45,593 nt of DNA from the NCBI RefSeq assembly GCF_001194135.2, contig NC_068981.1, positions 82,381,619 through 82,427,211 of the forward strand, given 5' to 3'. How positions within the stretch are numbered: the first letter of the stretch is position 1; each line of letters opens with the position of its first letter. Below, piece after piece: positions 22,801 to 35,422 of this stretch. The notes below the pieces were generated by a model, which was not told where the DNA came from, did no database searches, and worked only from the letters and a program-made list of their open reading frames with translations. A program made the position numbers and the translations under genes. Source of the DNA: Octopus bimaculoides. Taxonomy: Eukaryota.

Positions 22801-24674
22801 GTTAGTTTATTCGCTCAACACTACCGTGCATTCTAGTGGATAATTCCACTAATGAATTCCTTGCAGTGCATAAGATTTCTGTATTTTGATTGAAACGAAA
22901 ATATTATGTCGTTAATATTCATAACATTCCCGACGATATTGTTAAAGGATTTATAGCAGTCATAGCCAGGAGACATGGAGTTTATTGTTAGTAACCTAAC
23001 TAAAGCTTCATGAGACTCCAATATCACATAATTATGTATTTGAAAAAAGAATCGTTGTTTCACAAGGACTCTAAGCCCTAATTCTTAAAACTAATGTTCA
23101 CTAAATTAATTAAAATAATACGATTAAAATTAATATAATTATGACTTTTTCGTTAATTTTAGGGTTAGAGATCTTAAGTTAGAGCAAACGATAATGTTTT
23201 TTCTGTTATATATTTATTTACCCCACCTTCTCATGTAAGAGTCAAATAATTTACCTTTCTAAACAAAACTTATGAAATTAGAGACAAATTCCATTATGGG
23301 AAAATAGATTACAAGGTTCAGCAAAAATGTGAAAATGCTTGCGTGAGTTTTAAAGAACATGCCTCTCAGTAGGGTGAAATATTGAAACAGCCACCTATCA
23401 AGACACTTACACCCAAATATCTGGAGCAGAGAATTAAATGTGAGAGGGACATTAGGGACTGTGTTGAATTACGGCTTGTTGTCAGCTTTGTACAGTAGTA
23501 TGGCCATCGCAGAGGGGAAAATAAGCGGCAATTGATCAAGAGAGGTCAATATGGGACTACGAGTTACTGACCTCGAAAACCACAACATAAGGAATCTATG
23601 TCCACTTGAATGTACAGAGACAAATGGCACTAAGTTTGTGGTTCTAAAAAATCGTTGTTACTATTAGACTTATAATTAATTCTACAGCTATAGCAAATTG
23701 TAATACATGTGATATTAAGAAGAACGAGTTTTTACTAGATATATAATATGACTTATTCTTTCCCTTTGCATAAGAAAAAAGAAACAGGTTAATATACTTG
23801 TCGTATTAAGAACTGCATGAGGCCCTTTTGTACTGAAGAAATGAAAAAAGCTTAAGGAACAAGGGAGAAATTAAATAGAGCTGTTGAAACAGCAACAAGA
23901 GCAGTCGACCCCGGTTGCTAGAAGTGGATACAGTGGAAGAGGCCAGGAAGCAAGCGTCCAGGGACACTAGCGTAGCAGCTGGTAGTACAACAATGTTTCA
24001 TCATAGGAGCAGCAGGTAATCGAAGTGGACCAAAGTGAACGGAACAAAATGGGAAAACCTCAAAAGAAAGAGCGAAATCAGAACAAAAGAAGTACAAAAA
24101 AAAATGTGAAAAAACTCTGCTCTTTAGGAAATAGAATGGGATTCACAGTAGTGATGTAATTGTAACTGAAGCAAGAGAAATATGTCAGAAAACGACAAAT
24201 GAATTTGACGGTGAAGTGATTGCGGAAGAGAGTTTAAAAGAAAATTATAAGGACGCAGAAGCTAAAATATTAATTAATAAAGTGCTGACTATTAGGCTAG
24301 GACTTCTTGAAAGAAAATGAGCATGTACAAGCTGGTATATTCCAAACCAACCCAAACAAAAAAATGTTAACGAGTGCCATTCATTGGGTGCATCAATGCT
24401 TTGTACAAGGAGTGGCAGAAGGGAAGAGCTGTGGGGTTGCTTCGTCCGCACTTTGCTTGTGGGTTCCCACCCATGTGTAGGTGGCTGACACTAAATGCTT
24501 ATTAAGCTTTTCTAATCTTATTCATGTTTCTTTAAACATTTTAATCAATACATTGTATAACATCTTCAAACATCCTTAAGTTTTCACTTTTTATAAACCT
24601 CTGTTTAGCCACCCTCCTTCACGTAAATTTTAATTCTCATTATAATATTATAATATACATATGACTCTCTTGTG

Positions 24675-24863
<189 letters not shown>

Positions 24864-24865
24864 TT

Positions 24866-25095
24866 AGTGCAGTGAGCTGGCAGAATCGTTAGCATGCTGG
24901 GCGAAATGTTTATAGGTATTTCGCCTGTCGCTACATTTTGAGTTCAAATTCCGCCGGGATCGACTTTGTCTTTCGTCCTTTCGGGATCGATAAATTAAGT
25001 ACAGGTTGTGTACTGATATCGTTCTAATCGACTGACCCCCCCCCTCCTCCTCACAAATTTCAGGCCTTGTGCCTATAGCAGAAAGGATTATTATT
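24866..25095 (+). mobile_element. SINE family A (tail type 3)
   Basis: gagctggcagaatcgttagc...gagttcaaattccgcc...aaatttcaggccttgtgcctatagcagaaaggattatt. Confidence 0.9.
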
Positions 25096-25109
25096 ACTAT
25101 GCAGCTATA

Positions 25110-25295
25110 AGGCAGCTGGCTGGCAGAGTCCTTAGTAAAATTCTTTACATGCAATTCCCGCCTGAATCAACATTGCTTTTTATCTTTTTTGGGGGGATCG
25201 ATAAAATATAGTATCAGACAAGTAATGGATTTGATGTAACCGGCTACTACCCTTTCTAAATTACTTACGTTGTGCCAAAATATGAAACCATTATG
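25110..25295 (+). mobile_element. Decayed SINE family A directly after the previous copy
   Basis: gctggcagagtcc...gggatcgataaaata...gttgtgccaaaatatgaaacc. Confidence 0.6.
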
Positions 25296-26004
25296 ATTAT
25301 GTATATGTTATAGTAGGATATTGTGCTTGTATAACTACAATTTCACTCCATCACTAAAACTGTTTCGAATTTTTTATGAATTTTAATACTTTTATGTTAT
25401 AAACTGACTTTTAAAATATGTGTAAACATACGAACTCTTAATCACCGCATGTCTGATAACAGCAGCAAAAGCTAATTAATGGTTAAGATAGATGACGAAG
25501 ATAGTATGTATTGCTCAAAATGTTGTAGGTACTTATGCAGTGGTATATATTTCTCTTACTTTGTGGAAGCAGGAAGACCAAACGCTAAAGAAGTCTGTTT
25601 TGAAACTACTATTTCCCGTGTTCAATCCCAATGCGTGACTTTTCGTGCGGGTTTCTTCATCCATTACCTCAGGTTAGTATCAAACGAATCTTTGTGCGTG
25701 TGTGTGAAATAGGGTAGACGATAAATGCACATAACTGTCACGCAATATGTCACGTTGATTCTGCTGGAAATTTACGTTACAGATGCACGTGGTTTCGGAA
25801 GATTTATTCATTTATTAAGTGAACAACTAATTCAATTGATCGAACAACTGAACCCATATCGTTAAAGCCTAGGGTGGACCAGTTATTTTTGTTTTCTATC
25901 AGATGTATTATACATGAAATCTATAACTCATTTTCGATTCTCGACAGTAGACATGTTATACTAATTTAAACGTTTCATATATTGATTTCGTTCATTTTAT
26001 ATTA

Positions 26005-26876
26005 CAAAATATAGGTGTCCTTTTTCTAGAAGCAGGCCAGATACGACACTGTTCGTTATCAGGCGCGCTGCTCGCCTAATACAGTGTAAGGTAATTTTTC
26101 GTTGTCACGCCTTTCAAAAAGTCCCGCGGGCCACAGTCTTTTATGACTGCATTATTCCTTACTCAAAATACCTCTTTACTCTTTTTACTCTTTTACTTGT
26201 TTCAGTCATTTGACTGCGGCCATGCTGGATCACCGCCTTTAGTCGAAGAAATCGACCCCAGGACTTATTCCTTGTAAACCTAGTACTTATTCTATCGGTC
26301 TCTTTTTGCCGAACCGCTAAGTTACGGGGACGTAAACACGCCAACATCGGTTGTCAATCGATGNNNNNNNNNNNNNNNNNNNNNNNNNNNNNNNNNNNNN
26401 NNNNNNNNNNNNNNNNNNNNNNNNNNNNNNNNNNNNNNNNNNNNNNNNNNNNNNNNNNNNNNNNNNNNNNNNNNNNNNNNNNNNNNNNNNNNNNNNNNNN
26501 NNNNNNNNNNNNNNNNNNNNNNNNNNNNNNNNNNNNNNNNNNNNNNNNNNNNNNNNNNNNNNNNNNNNNNNNNNNNNNNNNNNNNNNNNNNNNNNNNNNN
26601 NNNNNNNNNNNNNNNNNNNNNNNNNNNNNNNNNNNNNNNNNNNNNNNNNNNNNNNNNNNNNNNNNNNNNNNNNNNNNNNNNNNNNNNNNNNNNNNNNNNC
26701 CTATACCCATGATTTTTTTTCACAACAAAATTTTGGTGGCCTTTTTCAAGAAGCGGGCTACATTCGACATACTTATCATCGGGTGTTCTGCGCTCCTAAA
26801 AAAATTAAAGGAAATTTTTCGTTGTCGCGCCTTTCAGTAAGACCCGCGGGCCGCAGTCTTTCATGGCTGCATTATT
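26005..26876. repeat. Two diverged direct copies of a ~150-bp unit (26005-26156, 26726-26876)
   Basis: Best block 26093-26156 vs 26813-26876 matches at 57/64; both contain cccgcggg. Confidence 0.8.
26170..26363 (-). mobile_element. SINE family B, 3' half (runs into a gap)
   Basis: tactcttttacttgtttcagtcatttgactgcggccatgctgga...aacatcggttgtcaa. Confidence 0.9.
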
Positions 26877-27119
26877 TGTTAATCAAAACACCCGTGATTT
26901 TATTTCTATTTTCAAGAATATTTAGACTGAAGAGAGATTTACGGTCGATGACCAGCTTCTGCATCTGCACTATATCATCTGTAGAATAAAACTATGGTCA
27001 CAGACTGAACCGAGTGATCTCCAGTAATAGTACTCAAGGACCAGATGTAAGAGTGGTAGTGCATTAGGCTTACCACTCAAAGATGGCACACCTATGTAAG
27101 GAATTATTTCTACGCTCCT

Positions 27120-27369
27120 CATCAGCAACCATTGTCAGTGTCATCATTCGCCTTGCTTCCTTTTAACTCCGCTTCGTTTTCACGACGCTGCTTATCTTTG
27201 GTCATCACCGTCATCAGTGTGGGCGTCGTCATTATCATCAACATCATCATAAACGTATCATCATCATCATCATTAGTAAAACAGTTCTTTTTCTCTGAAT
27301 CCATCCTTTTCCTTCTCTCGTCTATTTCTTCTTCTATCATTTCTTCTTCTATCATTTCTTCTTCTTCCT

Positions 27370-27432
<63 letters not shown>

Positions 27433-27790
27433 AAAAATTGCTTCTCTTTTTCTCGACAACTTCATCCCGCTTCTCTGCGTCACGAAGCTGCTGATGATCA
27501 TAACCATCATCATCAACATCACTATCACCATTACCATCATCACCAGTACCACCACCATCACCATCAAGATCATCATCATCATCTCCGTCTTCATCATCAT
27601 CATCATGATGAACGACATCTTTATCACCTTACGATTACCCCTATTACCATATTTATCCAGTTCCTCCTCATCTCCTCCCCTCCTCCTCCTTCTCCACCTC
27701 CTCATCATCACCATCATCCTCATCATCCTCATCCTCATCATCATCATCGTCACCGTCATCATCATCGTAACCGTCGTCATCATTACTATC
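27120..27790. repeat. Low-complexity (CAT/TCA/CCT)n region
   Basis: Long pure (CAT)n core at ~27374-27432 with degenerate flanks; explains the poly-S, poly-I and poly-M ORFs. Confidence 0.9.
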
Positions 27791-28344
27791 CTTTATGTCC
27801 AGTGAGCCATGCATCCGGCCGTTCTGTGTGAATCATAATTGACGCCATGCCTTTGAAAGAATACTGAACACCGAACAGTCGATGAGATACAAAAAAACAT
27901 ACAAACAAACAAACAAGAATTAAAAAAATAAATAAAAACAAAAACAAAACAAAAAGAGTATTTTCCTGAGGAACTGTTACAGTATTAACTTCTATCGTCT
28001 TTAATTCCCTTTCTACAAATGACTTCCATATTTTGATGAGGTGTCGCTACCATTTCCGTGATTATAACATTATGCTTGTTCTCACGTATCGGACGTAGAA
28101 TGAGTGCTTGGCAGACTACATGCGACACGAACCTCGACCGAACCATATCGACGCAGTCGACCACATCGAGAAAGAAAAAAAGAAAAAAACAACAACAACA
28201 ATAACGATAACAATAACAACACCATCAACAACAACGACAGCAAAACAAAAATTAAACTAAAGAACAAGAAAACTAAAAAAAAAAGTGTGTCGAAAAAGCA
28301 ACCGACTTACTTAGTCTTTCATCTCTGTATATGTAAGTATGTGT

Positions 28345-28391
<47 letters not shown>

Positions 28392-29133
28392 ATTCCTGCT
28401 AGTCTACCATCTGTATGTTGGTTCACATATATGTTTTGGGAAACGTCTATTTGTTTATGCACGTATCAAAATAGGGTGTGAGGACACATATGTATGTATG
28501 TGTGTGTGTATGTGTATCTGTCTGTGTGCGTCTATATATATATATATAAACGTATATTGCATACATACAGTTATATATAATGTGCACATACATGCATATA
28601 TATACGTATATATATATATATATATATATATATATNNNNNNNNNNNNNNNNNNNNNNNNNNNNNNNNNNNNNNNNNNNNNNNNNNNNNNNNNNNNNNNNN
28701 NNNNNNNNNNNNNNNNNNNNNNNNNNNNNNNNNNNNNNNNNNNNNNNNNNNNNNNNNNNNNNNNNNNNNNNNNNNNNNNNNNNNNNNNNNNNNNNNNNNN
28801 NNNNNNNNNNNNNNNNNNNNNNNNNNNNNNNNNNNNNNNNNNNNNNNNNNNNNNNNNNNNNNNNNNNNNNNNNNNNNNNNNNNNNNNNNNNNNNNNNNNN
28901 NNNNNNNNNNNNNNNNNNNNNNNNNNNNNNNNNNNNNNNNNNNNNNNNNNNNNNNNNNNNNNNATATATACGTACATGTTTATATATGCACATATATATA
29001 TGTGAGTATACACATACATACATAAGCAGGTTGACTTAGCTTCTCATGTTACTCAATAAGCACAACGCCAGCTATACGTGTTGAGTACTACTTCTGTTCG
29101 TTACTTCACTCTCAATCTTTCTCTCTCTCTCTC

Positions 29134-29181
<48 letters not shown>

Positions 29182-29506
29182 GTGTGTCCTTGTAAGTGTG
29201 TGTACATAATATGTAGGCATGAGTATATACGTCTGTATGTGTGTTAGTAATATATACATTCAGCCACATGTACACACTCGCAAATATACCCACGCATGTA
29301 CACGTGCGCGGTTGTTCCCGTACATGCAAACAGTCTATGTCCTTGGGCTTTGAAAGTTCAAATGTTCTTGAGTTCAGCATTGCTCGTATGAATATTGTTC
29401 TATGAATATTGTTCAAAGCATTGTAAAGGAAGATTCTCAATATTTCTAAATCATCTGAGGATATTTACTATGCTTACGCAGAATTTGAATCTCTAGACAG
29501 GAAATA

Positions 29507-29560
<54 letters not shown>

Positions 29561-29715
29561 TTTTTTTCTTTATTGGCCGCCAGAGCCGGACACAAAACAA
29601 ATAAGGATAATACAACTCAAGGGACAACTGGGGTTTGGCACACTGTCGAGTATAAAATAAATAACAATAGCAACAATAATATTAAACAATAAAATTTCCC
29701 CAAGAGGTGGGAGAA
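29561..29715 (-). mobile_element. Putative LINE 3' UTR with AATAAA and A-run
   Basis: Minus strand ends ...tccttatttgttttgtgtccggctctggcggccAATAAAgaaaaaaa then (TAT)n; resembles SINE A tail type 1 but is not preceded by SINE body. Confidence 0.45.
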
Positions 29716-30520
29716 TTAATGGCGGCGTAAGATCAAGATTTAGCGACAAATGTGAGGATCAACTTTAGACACGAGCAAGTGTCTCCATGGTTGTACCGAA
29801 TGTGTAATCTATAATATCGTCAACGAATGCCCTCGTCTTGCCCAAAACCCATATGAATTGTGGCGAAAGCGCTGCATTGGAAACTATGAAGTGTGAGGTT
29901 AGGATGAAACAAGTTATACGAGCACAAACCACAGATAGTGGTAGAATCCGAGACATGCAAAATCTTATGAGATTTCCTAATCCAAGTAGACTAGGTGCTT
30001 GATCACAACAAGCTGGGCCGAGAGGTGGTGGACAATGTGAACCACATGTTCTCTATAATTGATGTTTGTGCTACTAGGATCCACGAATAGTGAAGAAGGA
30101 AGCCGAAAATATGGACATACACAGTTCTCTTAAATACGAGATGGCTCGACTGTGGAAAATGAAGAAGGTGAAGATAGCGCCAATTATTGCTGGGTCCTTG
30201 GGGACAGTATCAGAAGGCATCAAGAGGAATATCAAGGAAATGGAAACAGTGTTCAGTAGATACGTTGCAAAAGATTTGGCTCCTTGGTGCGGCCAGAAGC
30301 ATCAAGAAAGCAATAGATAGTTGAAAGGTACCATAAGCTGCAGGTCGCAAGCCCGCTACGCATGCAAGACTCCAGGAGTCTCAAGAAAACCCGTGTTAGA
30401 AGAAGAAGAAGAAGAAGAAGAAGAAGAAGAAGAAGAAGAAGAAGAAGAAGAAGAAGAAGAAGAAGAAGAAGAAGAAGNNNNNNNNNNAACAACAATAACA
30501 ATAACAACAATAATAATAAT
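29716..30520 (+). mobile_element. R4/Dong-like RLE LINE, decayed 3' fragment with (GAA)n/(AAT)n tail
   Basis: MAA*DQDLAT, IVNECPRLAQN, VAKALHWKL, YEHKPQIVVESETCKIL*DFLIQ, IIDV, LKYEMARLWKMKKVKIAPIIAGSLGTV, LQKIWLLGAAR: zinc-knuckle region plus restriction-like endonuclease. Confidence 0.85.
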
Positions 30521-30559
30521 TCTTTGTAATTTTGGTACAAGACTACGGCACTATAGCAA

Positions 30560-31845
30560 CCGAGTGCTCTGCCTCTGTGTAGGTTTGATCCAGGATTACA
30601 TCTTCAAAAGCAAAAGCTATGGAAAAGCAACCACCCCTCACCGTCAAGAAAAGTTGAAGATATCGCAACATTAGCGCACATTTGTGCATCATCAGTTACG
30701 GCACGCTTTCAGTCCTCGACTCGGTGAATGTTGATAACAAATCGAGTGTCTGACCAGCAGAAGAGCAGTTCGGTAAGACGTGCACTGGATTAGCTTAAGA
30801 CGGTCATGCTATAATATAAGACGGAAATTTAAACGGCTGCCACTTTTTCCCAACGAAACAGAAATAACTTTCTCTCAGCCCGTTTCAGATGAAATTGATT
30901 ATTCTGCTTGTCACCTCGAACAGTTTAACTGTTGAATGACGTGAATGTGTCTCTCCATGGGCTAAGCAGAAAATCCACTGAATTTTCTTGGTTGATTTTT
31001 GAACAATCAACTCGATATGCCTGGTGTCCGCAATTATAACGTTGACGTTGTCTGCGAAATGCCAACATCGATTTTCCGCATCATAGTTCTCGCCGTTTGC
31101 CCCTCATAGTTTCTAGTTTCTGAAGTAGTGGCTCAAGGTTCAGTACAGAAGGGACGCGGGTTTACAGCCGTTACAGACTGAGCGCATCATATTGAATGGC
31201 TGTAATAGGTGGTCACTCGCCCTATCCAATGAGTAAGTGTTGCTGTACATCAAATAGCGGAAGACAGAACTGAAACCGGCTGCGCGAGGTTAGATTCCAA
31301 ATATTGGTGGTCGACCAAATCGAAAGATTTCTGTTGATCTAAATTGATTAGGACTCGACCAGTGCCCGGTTTCTTATTTAATCTCCGTATGAAGAATCGC
31401 AGGAGGTGAGGATTATCGTAGACAAATCTGTTTGAGATGACACTTTCTGCACATCAGACCATAGACAACAGGCGCCAACCTGTCACCTCACACTCTGAAC
31501 AAAATTTTGAAATCTGTGTTTAACAGCTACGTGCACCCTCATCCACTACATCTCTCGTTTGCATCGTTTCTTAATAGCACCACCTCTTATAGACTCACAG
31601 AAATGGGAATTCTCTTGTTCTAGTGTTGGTTGCGGAAGATATCTCCCAAGAAGTCGGCAAACAAACCTGGCATGTATCTGGACCGAAAGTCGTTAGAATT
31701 ATTCCCCTTGTTCCAGTCCTTTCTGAGCAGCGCTACTGCATCTCTCACAGCAGGACTGGAATTTCTCCAGTTCTGCTGCGAGTCGAGTAGACATCTGACC
31801 AGAATCCCACGAAAAGCTCGGACATATGAAGAGCCACTGGTCATA
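30560..31845 (-). mobile_element. L1/Tx1-like LINE reverse transcriptase fragment, decayed
   Basis: LLNTDFKIL, DNPHLLRFFI, VLINLDQQKSFDLVDHQYL, PFNMMRSVCNGC, EPLLQKLE and FADNVNV (YADD equivalent) in the expected order across frameshifts. Confidence 0.88.
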
Positions 31846-32700
31846 AAAATACACACACATTTATATATTCTTTTTTCTATAATTTCTATAATGGTTTATG
31901 GTATATTTATACCTATAACGATATTTTTCAACTACTATTTTCATATTCTTATTACTTGCTTCGGCTGTTTTTTATGAATATGATGAATCTTTCTTAGAAA
32001 TCATTTTTTCTCTCTTTTTGGACCTCTCAAAAAGTTTGAATTGTTTTTTTTAACTTATTTTCCCCCACATTTATGTATATATGTATAAACACAAGCGCTT
32101 ACATATATACGTACGTATGTATGAATGTCTGGATGGATGGATGTATTTGACATTCATTTGGACAAGAAGATGAATACCGCTATACTAAATAATATATAAG
32201 ATAAAATTCTGGCTTCAGGGGAGCATAGATAAATCGCTAGCTAACAATTAGAAAGCACTCCAAACGAGATGGAGAGACAGCCTCCAATGTTTAAGAATTC
32301 TCCACAATAGGTAACCCATTACGACAAATATTAATTCCACAAAGGAAATCTGAGGTATATTGTGATTTAAATGTAGCCACATTGCTTGAATAAAGAAACC
32401 TTGCTTTCATCTTTTACAGAGATCGTCATCGACTGAACATATGAATTATAGTAAGATTATTGTAAGTTATTACAATAGCATCTTCTGTTAAATTTTTATT
32501 TGTCCGTTTTGCTATTCTAAATTGTAGATGTATCATTTCTTTGAATATGATACAAATGCCTGACATGTCTGGCATAATTGTGAAATATATTTTTCTCAGT
32601 CGAATACATTTACAACACTTTCAATTTACGCACACACAGACACACACATATTCATACATACATATATACATACATACATACATATACACCTACATGCATA

Positions 32701-32753
<53 letters not shown>

Positions 32754-32764
32754 GTATGTGTCCC

Positions 32765-33030
32765 ATGATGGTAATCTCTTGTAGTGCAGGTTCTGCAGTT
32801 TCTTCCTGAACAACCTGCAGAAATGAATTGTTTATAATGATCAAATGTATTAACAGTACATTAGCTTACTCCCTCTAGCAACTCCTGGTGTACCACACAT
32901 CCGGTGTCGAAGTGGTCGCGGAGCAAGATGTAATGAAATGTTTTGCTTAAGCTCACAACGCACCGCCCAGTCTAGGAATTGAAACTACAATCTCGTGATC
33001 GTAAGTGCAGATCATTAATCAATAAGCCAT
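32765..33030 (-). mobile_element. SINE family C (long-tail variant)
   Basis: Homologous to 1825-2083; also ends in a (CA)n tract. Confidence 0.75.
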
Positions 33031-33080
33031 GTTCCCACGTTATGTGTCAAATACACTCCCGCACACACATGTAAATAACT

Positions 33081-33331
33081 AACACTCCATCGGTTACAAC
33101 AACGTGTGTTCCAGTTGAGCCAATCAATGGAACAGCCTACTCGTGAAATTAACATGGAAGTGGCTGAGCACTCCACAGACACTAGTAAACTTAACGTAGT
33201 TTGCCAGCTGAGTGGACTGGAGCAACGTAATATAAAGTGCCTTGCCCAAGGACACAACGCGTCGCCGGGAATTGAACTTCTGACCTTACGATCGTGAGCC
33301 GAACATCCTAACCACTAAGACATGCGCCTTC
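33081..33331 (-). mobile_element. SINE family C
   Basis: Reverse complement: gaaggcgcatgtcttagtggttagg...agttcaattcccggcgacgcgttgtgtccttgggcaaggcacttt...gttgtaaccgatggagtgtt. Confidence 0.9.
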
Positions 33332-33519
33332 ACACACACACACATACTCACAGGTGTATATATGCATTCATATTTGTAAGTAAAAAATGTGTGCCAATGT
33401 ATAATGTATATGTTGGTGTGAAGGATTCAATCTATGTTTCATATTTACTTTAGTGTAAAGGTAAAGGACCAGGAGCGATAGACGATTGATTTGAGCAGCG
33501 CTCTGCTGGATGTCAAAAT

Positions 33520-33762
33520 ACAGGTGAGTCGTGAGTTCAATTCCCGGCGACGCGGTGTGTTCTTGAGCAAGACATTTTATTTCAGCTGGCAAAAATGAGT
33601 AGTTGCTGTATTTCAAAGAGCCAGCCTTGTCACACTCTGAGAACTATGTTAAGGTTTCACGTGTCTGTGGAGTGCTCAGCCACGTGCACGTTAATTTCAC
33701 GAGCAAGCTGATCCGTTGATCGCATCAACTGGAACCCTCGTCGTTGTAACCGATGGAGTGTC
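33520..33762 (+). mobile_element. SINE family C, head decayed
   Basis: gagttcaattcccggcgacgcg...gtgtctgtggagtgctcagccac...gttgtaaccgatggagtgtc. Confidence 0.88.
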
Positions 33763-34559
33763 AGTTATGTGTATATGTATGTGTGTATGTGACACATGAC
33801 GTGAGAACAGGGCCTGTTGGTGAGTGATGTGGACTCTTGACTTGAGCAGGTAACAACTGGAATGTCGATGTATGAGTGTTGAATATTCATATGACCTTGC
33901 GTGCACGTGTGCGTGTGTGTGGTTATGTGTATGTTTTAATAAACGTGACATGCTTAGAAAAAATGTATAAATTTATAGCGCAAGTTACTTATTATAGGAA
34001 ATGTACTCCACAATTGGACTAGACATAGCAATTAGTGTCACAACGAATTTGACGTCATATCAAGATACACAGAATGATGTGTTATTACTGAACAACACAA
34101 AAGGTTCCACACGCTGAAAATGAACTTCAGAGTGAGCATGATGATGATAGTAATGGTGATGATTATTATGATGTTGGTGAAGACGGATGGGTGCCAATGG
34201 AGATAATTCTTATGATAATGGCGTTCGGTGGTAATGGAATGTAAAGTTAACATTTTATAAAAAAAGCCACCATATTGGACAATATATATTCTGTGTTATT
34301 GCGCAGTTTCATGATTCTTATATCAGTTTCAATGTAAAGTTGACTTTTTTTTTTATCAGATACTCATCAATAAATTAGTTCATATAATTTTAATTAGAAA
34401 CATATATTATTGTTATTTTATTTATTTTTTGGTTAGGAGACAAGAACCGAGGAATTTTATAAGTGAGTAGTCTGTGGTCACTCGCGATTCAGGCAAACAT
34501 ACGGGGTATATGTAATAGTGTGGATGACTATACCCAGTACATAGAGTTAGTGGTTCGAA

Positions 34560-34870
34560 TAGTGAACATCCTTGCTTAGTGGGGGTGTCATATTATACAC
34601 CTGAACATGATTGGCTCATCGCATGATGCGGCAGTCTGGATATGTTTTCGTACTTTGAGCAGACATATTCCTGCTATCCAAGAGTTCATCAAGTCTGTGA
34701 AGAGAATTAGCATTTATTACCAATTGAAGAGAGTCTAATGGTAGGAATTGTTTGATGAGGCTCGTGTCAAAGGCTGGCACATAGCATCATTTCCTATTAA
34801 AGTCGGTTGCCATGATTACGCACATTATTTCTGGCAGAAATTTGGTTTCAACCCAAATCAACTTCACCCN
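34560..34870 (+). mobile_element. Hero/NeSL-like RLE LINE endonuclease remnant
   Basis: DWLIA, LDMFSYFEQT (PD motif equivalent), CEEN, LFDEARVKGWHIASFPIKVGC, resembling the GW...FPVEVGCRGF signature. Confidence 0.5.
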
Positions 34871-35325
34871 NNNNNNNNNNNNNNNNNNNNNNNNNNNNNN
34901 NNNNNNNNNNNNNNNNNNNNNNNNNNNNNNNNNNNNNNNNNNNNNNNNNNNNNNNNNNNNNNNNNNNNNNNNNNNNNNNNNNNNNNNNNNNNNCCCCCCC
35001 CCCCGCCATCAAACAGGTAGCCATAACAGACGAAAAAAGCTTAGAGTGATTGCGAATGTTCATATATGAAACCGTCTGTAAGTGAAGGCGAATTCAGTCT
35101 TCACAGCCACCCAGCCCCACTCATCTGAAGCATAGAAGTTAAGGGACGAAATGCTTGTGATCATGACACACCTGCTGAAAATACGGAAGGGTTTCCAAAG
35201 TTGCGATGGATTTAGTCAGCACTAGAAGAAGAGCTTGCAATATCTTTAAGCAACTCCTGCAGATTCTGAGTGGGACAAAATATCATCCATCAATTAATGA
35301 TGATGATAATAATAATAATACGAAG

Positions 35326-35335
<10 letters not shown>

Positions 35336-35421
<86 letters not shown>
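35336..35421. repeat. (AAC)n(AAT)n microsatellite
   Basis: Direct reading. Confidence 0.95.

Positions 35422-35422
<1 letters not shown>

Noticed and set aside
23880-24440. Purine-rich stretch resembling a decayed ORF1/gag
   Set aside because: Many stops and no identifiable motif.
27122-27805. Poly-S, poly-M and poly-I ORFs
   Set aside because: Translations of a (CAT)n low-complexity tract with no domain or splice evidence.
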